DNA from: Anaerolineae bacterium
GTDB taxonomy: Bacteria; Chloroflexota; Anaerolineae; Fen-1058
Direction of reading: 5' to 3'
Length of the DNA stretch: 45,716 bases
NCBI GenBank assembly: GCA_035693785.1
Contig: DASSFZ010000153.1
Coordinates: 1-45,716, forward strand
Part shown: positions 33,208 through 42,338 of the stretch, one piece after another
How the letters are laid out: the number at the start of each line of letters is the position of its first letter
How positions within the stretch are numbered: position 1 is the stretch's first letter
Made by a program: the position numbers and the translations under genes
Notes under the pieces: generated by a model
The model's input: the letters and a program-made list of their open reading frames with translations, nothing else
What the model was told of the DNA's origin: nothing
Databases searched by the model: none

Positions 33208-34263
33208 ATGATCCATGCAGCACAGAGCGATTCCAGAACTCCCTCTGCCCCACCGGGGCAGCCACCGAGACATTCGGCCTCAGAAATCGCGTTCGCCGAT
33301 GCGTTCATCGCCACACTGGCATCCAGCCCAAATACGGTAACATCCTATCGCTATGGACTGGGACGGTTGGCTGAGTTCATTTCACATACGAAGTACATTG
33401 ACCCTCCTTCACCGTATCAGGTCAGACACTTCAAGGACGACCTGTTACTCAAGTTTCACGAATGGATGGCGCGTCGCGGCTACTCAGCGCAGACACGCAC
33501 TAACTATCTGGCTGTGACCAAGCGCTTCCTCATCTGGCTCGACGCGAACGATCGCCTGCCCGCCGGCTTCCAGGTCGGAAAAGCCGTCAACCGGTTGAAA
33601 GCCGCACGCGGCGCGCGCCGCTCGGCGAAGGCCGGGCGCGAGCCTGACCCAGGCATCCCACGCATTGTCACGTTCTACGACTCGATCCCCCTACCCTTTT
33701 CGGATTCGCCGCGCGATCGGCTCGAACGCCTGAAGCTTCTCCGCGCGCGGGCGATCGTCCATACGCTGTACGCGTCGGCGGGGCGTGTGAGCGAGGTCGC
33801 GTCGCTGACGCGCGAGGCGGTGCTTGACGGTCGTCTGAGCGAAGTGCGTATCACGGGCAAAGGCGGCAAGGATCGCGTGCTGCTGTTGACGAAAGACGCG
33901 CAGCAGGCGATTGCGGCATACTGCCGCGAGCGCCACGACGATTTCCCCGGCCTGTTCATCTCACACGGGCGCGGCGCGGGAAGGCCGCTGGGACGCGGAA
34001 CGTTGTGGTCGGTCGTCAAGCATGCGGCGAAGGCGCTGGGACTGTACAAAGGCACGTCGCCGCACGCGTTCCGCCATTACCGCGCGCAGCAGTTGCTGCA
34101 CGAGGGCATGGACCTCGACGTGCTGCAAGCCTACCTCGGCCACGCCGACATCAGCACGACGCGGCGCATCTACGCGCCGTACACCGCGTTGGAGAAAGTG
34201 CGCGACCAACTGGAGACGTTCGGCCGCAGCGCGAAGGAGGCGGCAGACGAGGAGACCGCGTAA
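33208..34263 (+). CDS. Tyrosine recombinase / phage integrase family (XerC/D-like)
   Basis: N-terminal SAM-like core-binding domain (SPNTVTSYRYGLGRLAEFI). Catalytic residues are present: AGRVSEV (Arg), GKGGKDR (Lys), HAFRHY (His-x-x-Arg) and LGHADISTTRRIY (His, Tyr). The alternative start is 33160. Confidence 0.85.
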   Translation: MIHAAQSDSRTPSAPPGQPPRHSASEIAFADAFIATLASSPNTVTSYRYGLGRLAEFISHTKYIDPPSPYQVRHFKDDLLLKFHEWMARRGYSAQTRTNYLAVTKRFLIWLDANDRLPAGFQVGKAVNRLKAARGARRSAKAGREPDPGIPRIVTFYDSIPLPFSDSPRDRLERLKLLRARAIVHTLYASAGRVSEVASLTREAVLDGRLSEVRITGKGGKDRVLLLTKDAQQAIAAYCRERHDDFPGLFISHGRGAGRPLGRGTLWSVVKHAAKALGLYKGTSPHAFRHYRAQQLLHEGMDLDVLQAYLGHADISTTRRIYAPYTALEKVRDQLETFGRSAKEAADEETA

Positions 34264-34277
34264 GACCTGCCAGGTCT
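34263..34277. repeat. AGACCTGCCAGGTCT element (between convergent integrase and UPF0316 genes)
   Basis: The extended form taagacctgccaggtctt overlaps the integrase TAA. Confidence 0.65.
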
Positions 34278-34280
34278 TGC

Positions 34281-34853
34281 CTACTTGCCCTTTCGGCGCG
34301 CGAAGAGGCGCAGGCCGCGAAACCCGGCAGCGGGCGGAAAGACGCCTTCGCGCGCCGAGCGCACTTCCTCGACCGACACGAACGCCTTGGGGCTGACCTC
34401 GTCGACCATTCGCGTCACGGCGGGCAGGTCCTTGCGCATGATGATCGTGTACACGATCTTCACCTCGCCCGTCGCGCCTCTCGCGTCGACGCTCGTCACG
34501 CCGAAGTTCGCGCCGGACAAACGATCGAGCAGCTCCTGCGCGTCCGTCGCCACGATGATGCGCACGGCCAGCATGCCGATCGCGAGCTTGTCTTCGATGT
34601 ATAGCCCGATGTAGGTGCCGGCGGCAAACCCGCCAGCGTAGGCCACGTAGGCGATCGGGGTGTTGAGGTTCTGAATGACCTGGCCGACGACGACGATCCA
34701 GATCAGAATCTCGACGAAGCCCAGCAGCGCCGACTGAAGCCTCCTGCCGCGCGCGACGAAGACGATGCGCAGCGTGCCCAGGCTCACGTCGACGATGCGC
34801 GCGAAGAAGATGAATAGCGGCAGGATGACCCACGCGAAGAGATCTATGCTCAC
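34281..34853 (-). CDS. UPF0316 / DUF2179 membrane protein (YebE-like)
   Basis: Colinear with my recollection of B. subtilis YebE: three TM helices, YIEDKLAIG, and a C-terminal DUF2179 domain (GVTSVDARGATGE....I....KDL......V.E..PKAFV.V.EVRS). Confidence 0.85.
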   Translation of the reverse strand: MSIDLFAWVILPLFIFFARIVDVSLGTLRIVFVARGRRLQSALLGFVEILIWIVVVGQVIQNLNTPIAYVAYAGGFAAGTYIGLYIEDKLAIGMLAVRIIVATDAQELLDRLSGANFGVTSVDARGATGEVKIVYTIIMRKDLPAVTRMVDEVSPKAFVSVEEVRSAREGVFPPAAGFRGLRLFARRKGK

Positions 34854-34867
34854 GATTTGACTCTTTA

Positions 34868-34882
34868 AGACCTGGCAGGTCT
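34868..34882. repeat. AGACCTGGCAGGTCT element (reverse complement of the 34263 copy)
   Basis: The extended form ttaagacctggcaggtctta lies between the UPF0316 start (34853) and the patB-like stop (34882..34884). Confidence 0.65.
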
Positions 34883-36063
34883 TATGAGGAAGCGAGCGCG
34901 CGCTTCATGCGCTCCAGCGCCTCGGCCAGCAGCGCCCGCGAGCATCCGAAGTTCAGCCGCAGGAATCCCTCGCCGCCCGGGCCGAACATCGCGCCATCGG
35001 CCAGCGCAACGCGCGCTTTCTGGAGGAAGAACTCGTAGGGATTGCCGCCAATGCCGGCCTGCCGGCAATCCAGCCAGGCCAGATACGTCGCTTCCGGCCT
35101 GGCCATCGTGATTCCGGGCAGCTCGCTCTGCACGTAGCCGTACAGACGGTCTCGATTCCCCTCCAGGTAGGCGAGCAGTTGATCCAACCAGTCCTGTCCC
35201 TCGCGGTAGGCGACCTGCGCGGCGAGCAAGCCCATCACGTTGACCCAGGGGACCAGCCCTTTACGCGCCTCCTGGTACTTCTGCCGCAGCTCCGGGTTCT
35301 GAACGATTGCGATCGAGCATTGCAGCCCTGGGAGATTGAACGTCTTGGTCGGCGCGATCAGCGTGATCGTGTTTCGGGCGATCTCCGGATCGAGCGCGGC
35401 GATCGGGATATGCCGCTGACCGGTGTAAAGCAGGTCGCAGTGAATCTCGTCCGAGCAGATGACGACGCCGCGCTTCAGGCAGATCTCGGCCATGCGCTCC
35501 AGCTCGTCGGGGCGGAAGACGCGGCCGACCGGGTTGTGCGGGTTGCACAGAATGAACAGCCGCGTCTCGGACGTGATGGCCGACCCGAAGACGTCCCAGT
35601 CGATCTCGTAGGCCCCATCGGAATTGCGGGCCAGCATCGCGTCGTGGCGACGCATATTCGCCTTCTGCGGCGCGTCCAGGATCGGGGGATAGACAGGCGT
35701 TTGGACGAGCACGCCACCGTTATGCGTGGCAACCGCGTGGCACGCCAGATTGGAAGCGACGACTACGCCCGGGATAAAGACGAGGTCCTCCGGCTGAACT
35801 TGCCAGCCATATCGATCCACGAGCCGGTCGACGATCAGGCGGCGGAATTCGGGCAGCTCGTTGGGTTCACCCATGATTCCAGCCGGGTAGCCGTACACGC
35901 CGTGATCAACCCGCTCGCGCAGCGCCTGCACGACGGGCGCGGGCGACGGGAAATCCATGTCGGCGATCCACATCGGCAGCACGTCTGCGTCATACCGGCT
36001 CCACTTGAGGCTGTCGGTGTGGCGGCGATCGGGAGGGGTGTCGAAGTCGTATTGCATGTGCAA
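34882..36063 (-). CDS. PatB/MalY-type C-S lyase (cystathionine beta-lyase, aminotransferase class I/II)
   Basis: DRRHTDSLKWSRY..DVLPMWIADMDF.SP..V..AL.ERV.HG.YGY, CNPHNPVGRVF and LIAPTKTFNLPGL match the family. Confidence 0.8.
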   Translation of the reverse strand: MHMQYDFDTPPDRRHTDSLKWSRYDADVLPMWIADMDFPSPAPVVQALRERVDHGVYGYPAGIMGEPNELPEFRRLIVDRLVDRYGWQVQPEDLVFIPGVVVASNLACHAVATHNGGVLVQTPVYPPILDAPQKANMRRHDAMLARNSDGAYEIDWDVFGSAITSETRLFILCNPHNPVGRVFRPDELERMAEICLKRGVVICSDEIHCDLLYTGQRHIPIAALDPEIARNTITLIAPTKTFNLPGLQCSIAIVQNPELRQKYQEARKGLVPWVNVMGLLAAQVAYREGQDWLDQLLAYLEGNRDRLYGYVQSELPGITMARPEATYLAWLDCRQAGIGGNPYEFFLQKARVALADGAMFGPGGEGFLRLNFGCSRALLAEALERMKRALASS

Positions 36064-36228
36064 GTCCCTATTTGTTTGAAGCAGGGCGGGCTCCCACGCC
36101 CGCGAATCAGCGAGCAGGTGTCAGGCTTCCGATGTATTTTACGAGCATTCACCCCGCCGCGCAAAAAGAGATTGCTCACTGCGTTCGGACTGACACGCTT
36201 CCTCATCTGGCCGGGCGAACCTAGACCC

Positions 36229-36257
36229 TTGACGTGGCACAGTGGGTGTTTTATAGT
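36229..36257 (+). promoter_or_regulatory. Candidate sigma70 promoter for the aminotransferase gene
   Basis: TTGACG (36229..36234), 17 nt, TATAGT (36252..36257), giving a leader of about 88 nt before the ATG at 36352. Confidence 0.55.
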
Positions 36258-36351
36258 TGACCCAACGCCATCCCCTCCCCGACCGTGCTCGTCGGGGGAG
36301 GGCGCCGAAGGCAGGGTTTTGGACTTTGGAATTTGAACTTAGGAGTTTCGT

Positions 36352-37569
36352 ATGAGCCTCAGTCATCTGGCGCAGTCAATCGCCACGTCGCCGACGATGG
36401 CGATGAACGAGCAGGCACGCCTCCTGCGCGAGCGCGGCGAGGCGGTCATCCACCTGGGCATCGGCGAGCCTAAGAACAAGGCGCCGATCAACGCCATCCT
36501 GAGCGGCGCGGCGCGCCTGGGCAGCGGCGACGTCAAGTACTCGCCTGCCGACGGTATCCCCTCGCTCAAGAAGGCGATCATCCGTTACACCGAAGACAAC
36601 TACGGCGTGACCGTCGCGCCGGAGAACGTCATCGTTACGTCGGGCGCGAAGCAGTCGGTCTTCAACATCCTGTACACGATCCTCAACCCGCAGGACGAGG
36701 TGATCGTCCTCGCGCCCTACTGGGTCAGCTACCCAGAGATCGTCAAGATGGTGCTCGGCGCGCCGGTGATCGTCACGCCGGAGGACGGCAGCTTCACCCC
36801 ACGCATGGCGGACATCGAGCGCGCGATCGGGCGTAACACGAAGGCGATCATCGTCAACAGCCCGAACAATCCATCGGGCGCCGTGTACCCGGAGGAGCTT
36901 ATCGCGGCGATCGTCGAGACCTGCGAGCGCAAGGGCATCTACCTCATCATGGACGACATCTACCACAAGCTCGTCTTCGACGGGAAGCATGCGCCGCCGT
37001 GCTACCAGTTCACCGACAAAGACGTCGAGGACTCGCGGCTGATCGTCGTCAATGGCGTGGCCAAGCTGTATGGGATGACCGGCTTCCGCGTCGGCTGGAC
37101 GATCGCGCCCCGGCGGCTCGTCGAGATCATGACGAACGTGCAGTCGCAGACGACGTCGTGCGTATCGGTGCTGCTGCAGGCGGCGGCGGAAGGCGCGCTG
37201 ACCGGCATGCAGAGCCTGGTCGAGAGCCTGCGCCTGACGATCCAGAACAACCGCGACGTGATCATCCAGGAACTGAAAGCATTCGACGGCGTGCGTGTCA
37301 CTCCGCCCGAGGGGACGTTCTACTGCCTGCCCGACTTCCGCGCCTACGACGGCGATTCAGTCGCGCTGGCGAAGTTTCTATTGGAGAGAGCGCTCGTCGT
37401 CACCGTGCCGGGCAAGGAATTCGGAGTGGAAGGTCACCTGCGGCTGAGCTACGCGGGCACAGTGAAGGACGTGACGGACGGCATTGAGCGCATCCGCTGG
37501 GCGCTCGATCCGAATTCGCCCAACGAGATCTACATCGGCGACCGGCGCATGGTGCGCGACTGGATTTAG
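36352..37569 (+). CDS. Aspartate aminotransferase (class I)
   Basis: IHLGIGEP, NSPNNPSGAVY and the PLP lysine context NGVAKLYGMTGFRVGW. AGGAG precedes the ATG. Confidence 0.85.
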   Translation: MSLSHLAQSIATSPTMAMNEQARLLRERGEAVIHLGIGEPKNKAPINAILSGAARLGSGDVKYSPADGIPSLKKAIIRYTEDNYGVTVAPENVIVTSGAKQSVFNILYTILNPQDEVIVLAPYWVSYPEIVKMVLGAPVIVTPEDGSFTPRMADIERAIGRNTKAIIVNSPNNPSGAVYPEELIAAIVETCERKGIYLIMDDIYHKLVFDGKHAPPCYQFTDKDVEDSRLIVVNGVAKLYGMTGFRVGWTIAPRRLVEIMTNVQSQTTSCVSVLLQAAAEGALTGMQSLVESLRLTIQNNRDVIIQELKAFDGVRVTPPEGTFYCLPDFRAYDGDSVALAKFLLERALVVTVPGKEFGVEGHLRLSYAGTVKDVTDGIERIRWALDPNSPNEIYIGDRRMVRDWI

Positions 37570-37570
37570 G

Positions 37571-37605
37571 AGACTTCGGAAGTCTCCAAAAGACTTCCGA
37601 AGTCT
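37571..37605. repeat. Twin AGACTTCGGAAGTCT / AGACTTCCGAAGTCT element (second copy)
   Basis: agacttcggaagtct (37571..37585), ccaaa, agacttccgaagtct (37591..37605). It starts 2 nt after the aminotransferase TAG and lies 27 nt before the pckA ATG. Confidence 0.7.
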
Positions 37606-37631
37606 GAAATTCAAGCTAAGGGTATCGACCT

Positions 37632-39263
<1,632 letters not shown>

Positions 39264-39341
39264 TTTTGGGACGCGGATGAACACGGATGAACGCGGATAG
39301 GATTGATTCCTGCGGAATCTCTATGGAAAGGAGCAGCGTCG

Positions 39342-39914
39342 ATGCCGACCCGGAAAACGGCCCTGACCGGCCCGATCTATCAGCTCAAGATCACGCTTAA
39401 AAACTCTCGACCGCCCATCTGGCGGCGCATTCAGGTGACGGACGATACGACGCTTGCCAAGCTGCACCGGATCCTGCAGATCGCGATGGGTTGGTCCGAT
39501 TACCATCTGCACGATTTCACGATCTACGGCGCCCGCTACAGCGAGCCAAGCCCTGACGACTGGGAACCGGTGAAGGACGAGCGGCGCTACAAGTTGAAGC
39601 AGCTCGTCCCTGGTGAAAAGTCCAAGTTCGTCTATCAGTACGACTTCGGCGACAGTTGGGACCACGAAATCCTCGTGGAAAAGACCGGGCTGCCGCGGGA
39701 GCCAGGCGTGAAGTACCCGCGCTGCCTGGCCGGGAAGCGCGCCTGCCCGCCCGAGGATGTCGGCGGAGTGTGGGGCTACCGTGAATTCCTCGAGGCCATT
39801 CGCGACCCCGAACATCCTGAGCACGATGGCTATCTGGAGTGGGCCGGCGGCGAGTTCGACCCGGAAGCCTTTGACCTGGAGGAGGTTAACCGGGCATTGC
39901 GCTCAATGAGATAA
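39342..39914 (+). CDS. pRiA4b ORF-3-like (PF07929, MM3350-like) protein
   Basis: IYQLKITLKNSRPPIWRRIQV.DDTTLAKLHRILQIAMGWSDYHLHDF is the family hallmark, followed by YDFGDSWDHEI and C..G.RACPPEDVGG. The ATG at 39342 follows AAGGAG. Confidence 0.8.
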   Translation: MPTRKTALTGPIYQLKITLKNSRPPIWRRIQVTDDTTLAKLHRILQIAMGWSDYHLHDFTIYGARYSEPSPDDWEPVKDERRYKLKQLVPGEKSKFVYQYDFGDSWDHEILVEKTGLPREPGVKYPRCLAGKRACPPEDVGGVWGYREFLEAIRDPEHPEHDGYLEWAGGEFDPEAFDLEEVNRALRSMR

Positions 39915-39980
39915 CCGCGCAGGGCTTGGTCCCCCTACCCTATCAGTTGGGGGTTGCGCACCGGATGTCGCAATCTCTTC

Positions 39981-39990
39981 GCGAATTCGC
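39981..39990. promoter_or_regulatory. 10-bp palindrome next to a -10-like box upstream of the TA pair (candidate operator)
   Basis: GCGAATTCGC is immediately followed by agTATACT (39993..39998), 32 nt upstream of the antitoxin ATG. Confidence 0.35.
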
Positions 39991-40029
39991 AGTATACTTA
40001 CAGGTGGACGATCTACCAGGAGGCGTCTA

Positions 40030-40269
40030 ATGATAGCACACAGAAGGTATATCACGATCAAGGATCCCAAACAGGTCGTGCTGTCTGACTTGCCCTTCCA
40101 GCCCGGCCAGCGCGTCGAGGTTGTGCTGATTGCAGAGGAGGACCGGCCCGGATCGCGTCTTCACGAGTTACGGGAAGTGTTCAGGGCGACGCAGGCACTC
40201 CCGCAGGCCCAGGTTCTGAGCGAGGATGAGATCGCGGCTGAAATCGCCGCCTATCGGATGGGACGATGA
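40030..40269 (+). CDS. Putative antitoxin (DUF104/AF2212-like N-terminus)
   Basis: 79 aa. VVLSDLPFQPGQRVEVVLI resembles the DUF104 beta-hairpin motif. AGGAGG precedes the ATG. The stop overlaps the start of the PIN gene (ATGA). Confidence 0.6.
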   Translation: MIAHRRYITIKDPKQVVLSDLPFQPGQRVEVVLIAEEDRPGSRLHELREVFRATQALPQAQVLSEDEIAAEIAAYRMGR

Positions 40270-40676
40270 AAGTCCTGATCGACACCAATGTGCTGGTGTC
40301 GGCGGCTCTGAAGGATAAGGATCCGGAAGCAGTCATCCTGTTTGTCGTTTCTCGCGCCGACTACGAATGGATCGTCTCGCCTGAAATTCTGCGCGAGTAC
40401 AAAGAAGTGCTCAGCCGAGACAAGTTCGGCCTGCCCGCTGAAGTACGACAGAAGTGGTTCGACCTCCTCGACGCGCTTACAACAGTTGTCGAAGTAGATG
40501 TCCACGTTGATTTTCCCCGTGATCAGAAGGACGCCAAGTTTCTGGCGTGCGCCCTGGCCGCCGACGTCGAGTTCTTTGTCACCGGCGATCGAGACTTTGC
40601 GCAGGCTTACAAACTGGTCAACACGACAATTCTGTCTGTGTCGCTATTCAAGAAATTCGTGATGCAGGTAGAGTAG
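40266..40676 (+). CDS. PIN-domain toxin (TIGR00305-like)
   Basis: MKVLIDTNVLVSA..., S.EIL.EY.EVL...KF, D.KD.KFL.CA.AA..... and VTGDRDF carry the conserved acidic residues of a PIN nuclease. Confidence 0.8.
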   Translation: MKVLIDTNVLVSAALKDKDPEAVILFVVSRADYEWIVSPEILREYKEVLSRDKFGLPAEVRQKWFDLLDALTTVVEVDVHVDFPRDQKDAKFLACALAADVEFFVTGDRDFAQAYKLVNTTILSVSLFKKFVMQVE

Positions 40677-40718
40677 GACGCCGCACCTCGTGGACGAGTC
40701 AAATCCACCGATCCGTGT

Positions 40719-40782
40719 AGACCTGGCAGGTCTTCGCGATCCAACCCATGGCTGACACCGGCAGATAAGACCTGCCAGGTCT
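40719..40782. repeat. Pair of AGACCTGGCAGGTCT / AGACCTGCCAGGTCT elements
   Basis: The 15-mers at 40719..40733 and 40768..40782 are reverse complements separated by 34 nt. They lie between the convergent PIN and rnhA genes. The second overlaps the rnhA stop codon. Confidence 0.65.
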
Positions 40783-41221
40783 ATTTTCCGATAGCTGCCT
40801 GCGCCAGTGCGTTGGCTCGTTCGTTCAGTCGATCGCCGGCGTGGCCGGCGACTTTGACGTAGGACACGTCCAGGCGCATCTCGCTGCAGAGGGCCTGGAT
40901 GTTGTCCCTGATGCGCCGAATGTGGGGAAACCTGCACTTCCAGCCCTCGGCCAGCCAGCCGATCACGTTCTCGCTGTCTGTGTAGATGGTGACGATCGAG
41001 CCGGGCACTTTGATCGCGCCCAGCGCCTGCTCGACCGCCCACATCTCCATCTCGTTGTTCGTCGTCCGGTCACGGCGGCCGCTCAGCTCTTTGACGCGGC
41101 CGGTTTCGTCGTGGCGCAGGATGGCTGCCCAGCCGCCCGGGCCGGGATTGCCGGAGCTTGCGCCGTCGGTGTAGATCGTGATGTGAGGCGGCGTGCCTTG
41201 TTTCTTCGTAGGTCCCCCCAC
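40781..41221 (-). CDS. rnhA: Ribonuclease HI
   Basis: I.IYTDGASSGNPGPGGWAAIL, TNNEMEMWAV..AL, I.TDS.... and KV.GHAGD..NE.A..LA. Confidence 0.9.
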   Translation of the reverse strand: MGGPTKKQGTPPHITIYTDGASSGNPGPGGWAAILRHDETGRVKELSGRRDRTTNNEMEMWAVEQALGAIKVPGSIVTIYTDSENVIGWLAEGWKCRFPHIRRIRDNIQALCSEMRLDVSYVKVAGHAGDRLNERANALAQAAIGK

Positions 41222-41251
41222 CCTACTGACCTCCGCAGTTGAGCCTCCCGG

Positions 41252-42328
41252 TCAATTCAGGTAGCCTTGGGCGAGCAGCAGCTCGGCATTCAAAATCGAG
41301 CCGCCGGCTGCGCCACGGATTGTGTTGTGACTGAGGACGACGAATTTGATCTCGAACAGCGGGCAGGGCCGCACGCGACCGACCACCGCCGTCATCCCCT
41401 GCCCTTCATCTCGATCGCGTCGTGGCTGTGGTCGATCGAGCTCGCGCCGCACGACGAGCGTTCGAGCCGGGGCGCTGGGCAAGCTGGGTATTGGGTCGGG
41501 CGCGCGGAAGTGAGTCAGCGCCTGCTCGACCTCTTCCACGCCGGCCTCGCGCTCGAACTCGACTGAAGCGCACACGGTGTGTCCATCGCTCACTGCCACG
41601 CGGTTGGTGTGCGCGCTGAGGCGGAAGTCGGCGAAGCGCACACTGCCACGCTCGGCGTCGAGCTGACCGAGCAGCTTGCGCGGTTCGGTCTCCACCTTAT
41701 CTTCTTCGCCGCCGATGTAGGGGATGACGTTGTCGACGATGTCGAGCGAGGCGACGCCAGGATAGCCGGCGCCCGACAACGCCTGCATGCTCACGACCAT
41801 CACACGCCGCACGCCGAAGGCGATGTGAAGCGGCTTGAGGGCCATCGCCAGCCCGGCGGTGGTGCAGTTAGGGTTGGTGGCGATGAAACCCGGCCAGCGG
41901 CGTTTGGCGCGCTGCGTCTCGATCAGTTGAATATGATCCGGGTTAACCTCAGGTATCAGCAGCGGCACATCCGGTTCCATGCGGAAGGCCGATGCGTTCG
42001 AGCACACGCCGTAACCGGCGGCGGCGAAGACAGGCTCAACCTCGCGCGCCAAATCGGCGGGCAGCGCCGAGAAGGCGAGGCCAGGTCGACGGCTGAAGTC
42101 ACCGCCTGCATGACCGGGTTCGCTTGGGGTGACCATGATGTCTTTGGCGTAATCGGGCATCGGTTCGGTGAGCACCCAGCGACAAGATTCGCCGTAGGGT
42201 TTGCCAAGCGTTCGATCCGATCCGGTAAGGCCTACCACCTCGAACCACGGATGGCGTTCCAATAACTGCACAAAACGCTGTCCGATGGCGCCGGTTGCGC
42301 CCAAAATGATAACAGGAAGTCGATTCAT
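41252..42328 (-). CDS. asd: Aspartate-semialdehyde dehydrogenase
   Basis: ILGATGAIGQRFVQLL and the active-site Cys in NPNCTTAG. SGAGY is present. The C-terminus reads HNTIRGAAGG. Confidence 0.9.
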   Translation of the reverse strand: MNRLPVIILGATGAIGQRFVQLLERHPWFEVVGLTGSDRTLGKPYGESCRWVLTEPMPDYAKDIMVTPSEPGHAGGDFSRRPGLAFSALPADLAREVEPVFAAAGYGVCSNASAFRMEPDVPLLIPEVNPDHIQLIETQRAKRRWPGFIATNPNCTTAGLAMALKPLHIAFGVRRVMVVSMQALSGAGYPGVASLDIVDNVIPYIGGEEDKVETEPRKLLGQLDAERGSVRFADFRLSAHTNRVAVSDGHTVCASVEFEREAGVEEVEQALTHFRAPDPIPSLPSAPARTLVVRRELDRPQPRRDRDEGQGMTAVVGRVRPCPLFEIKFVVLSHNTIRGAAGGSILNAELLLAQGYLN

Positions 42329-42338
42329 AGCTCCTTCT

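Larger units (their letters stand above)
32831..34263 (+). mobile_element. Possible remnant of an integrative element (promoter, small ORF, tyrosine recombinase)
   Basis: The stretch 32831..33210 is visibly AT-richer than its surroundings (not computed). It holds two near-consensus promoters, a phage-type small ORF and an integrase. No flanking direct repeats or tRNA were found. Confidence 0.35.

Noticed and set aside
36064-36228. Possible SAM or other riboswitch upstream of the patB-like C-S lyase (minus strand).
   Set aside because: I could not find SAM-I hallmarks (AUCAAGAG, GAGGGA, GCAACC) or other recognisable riboswitch cores. Only generic GC hairpins are present.
39274-39296. Short tandem direct repeat GGATGAAC(ac)GGATGAAC(gc)GGATAGG after pckA.
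   Set aside because: There are only about 2.5 short units. This could be a binding site but is equally likely to be chance or slippage. It is noted under the PF07929 finding rather than called as a feature.
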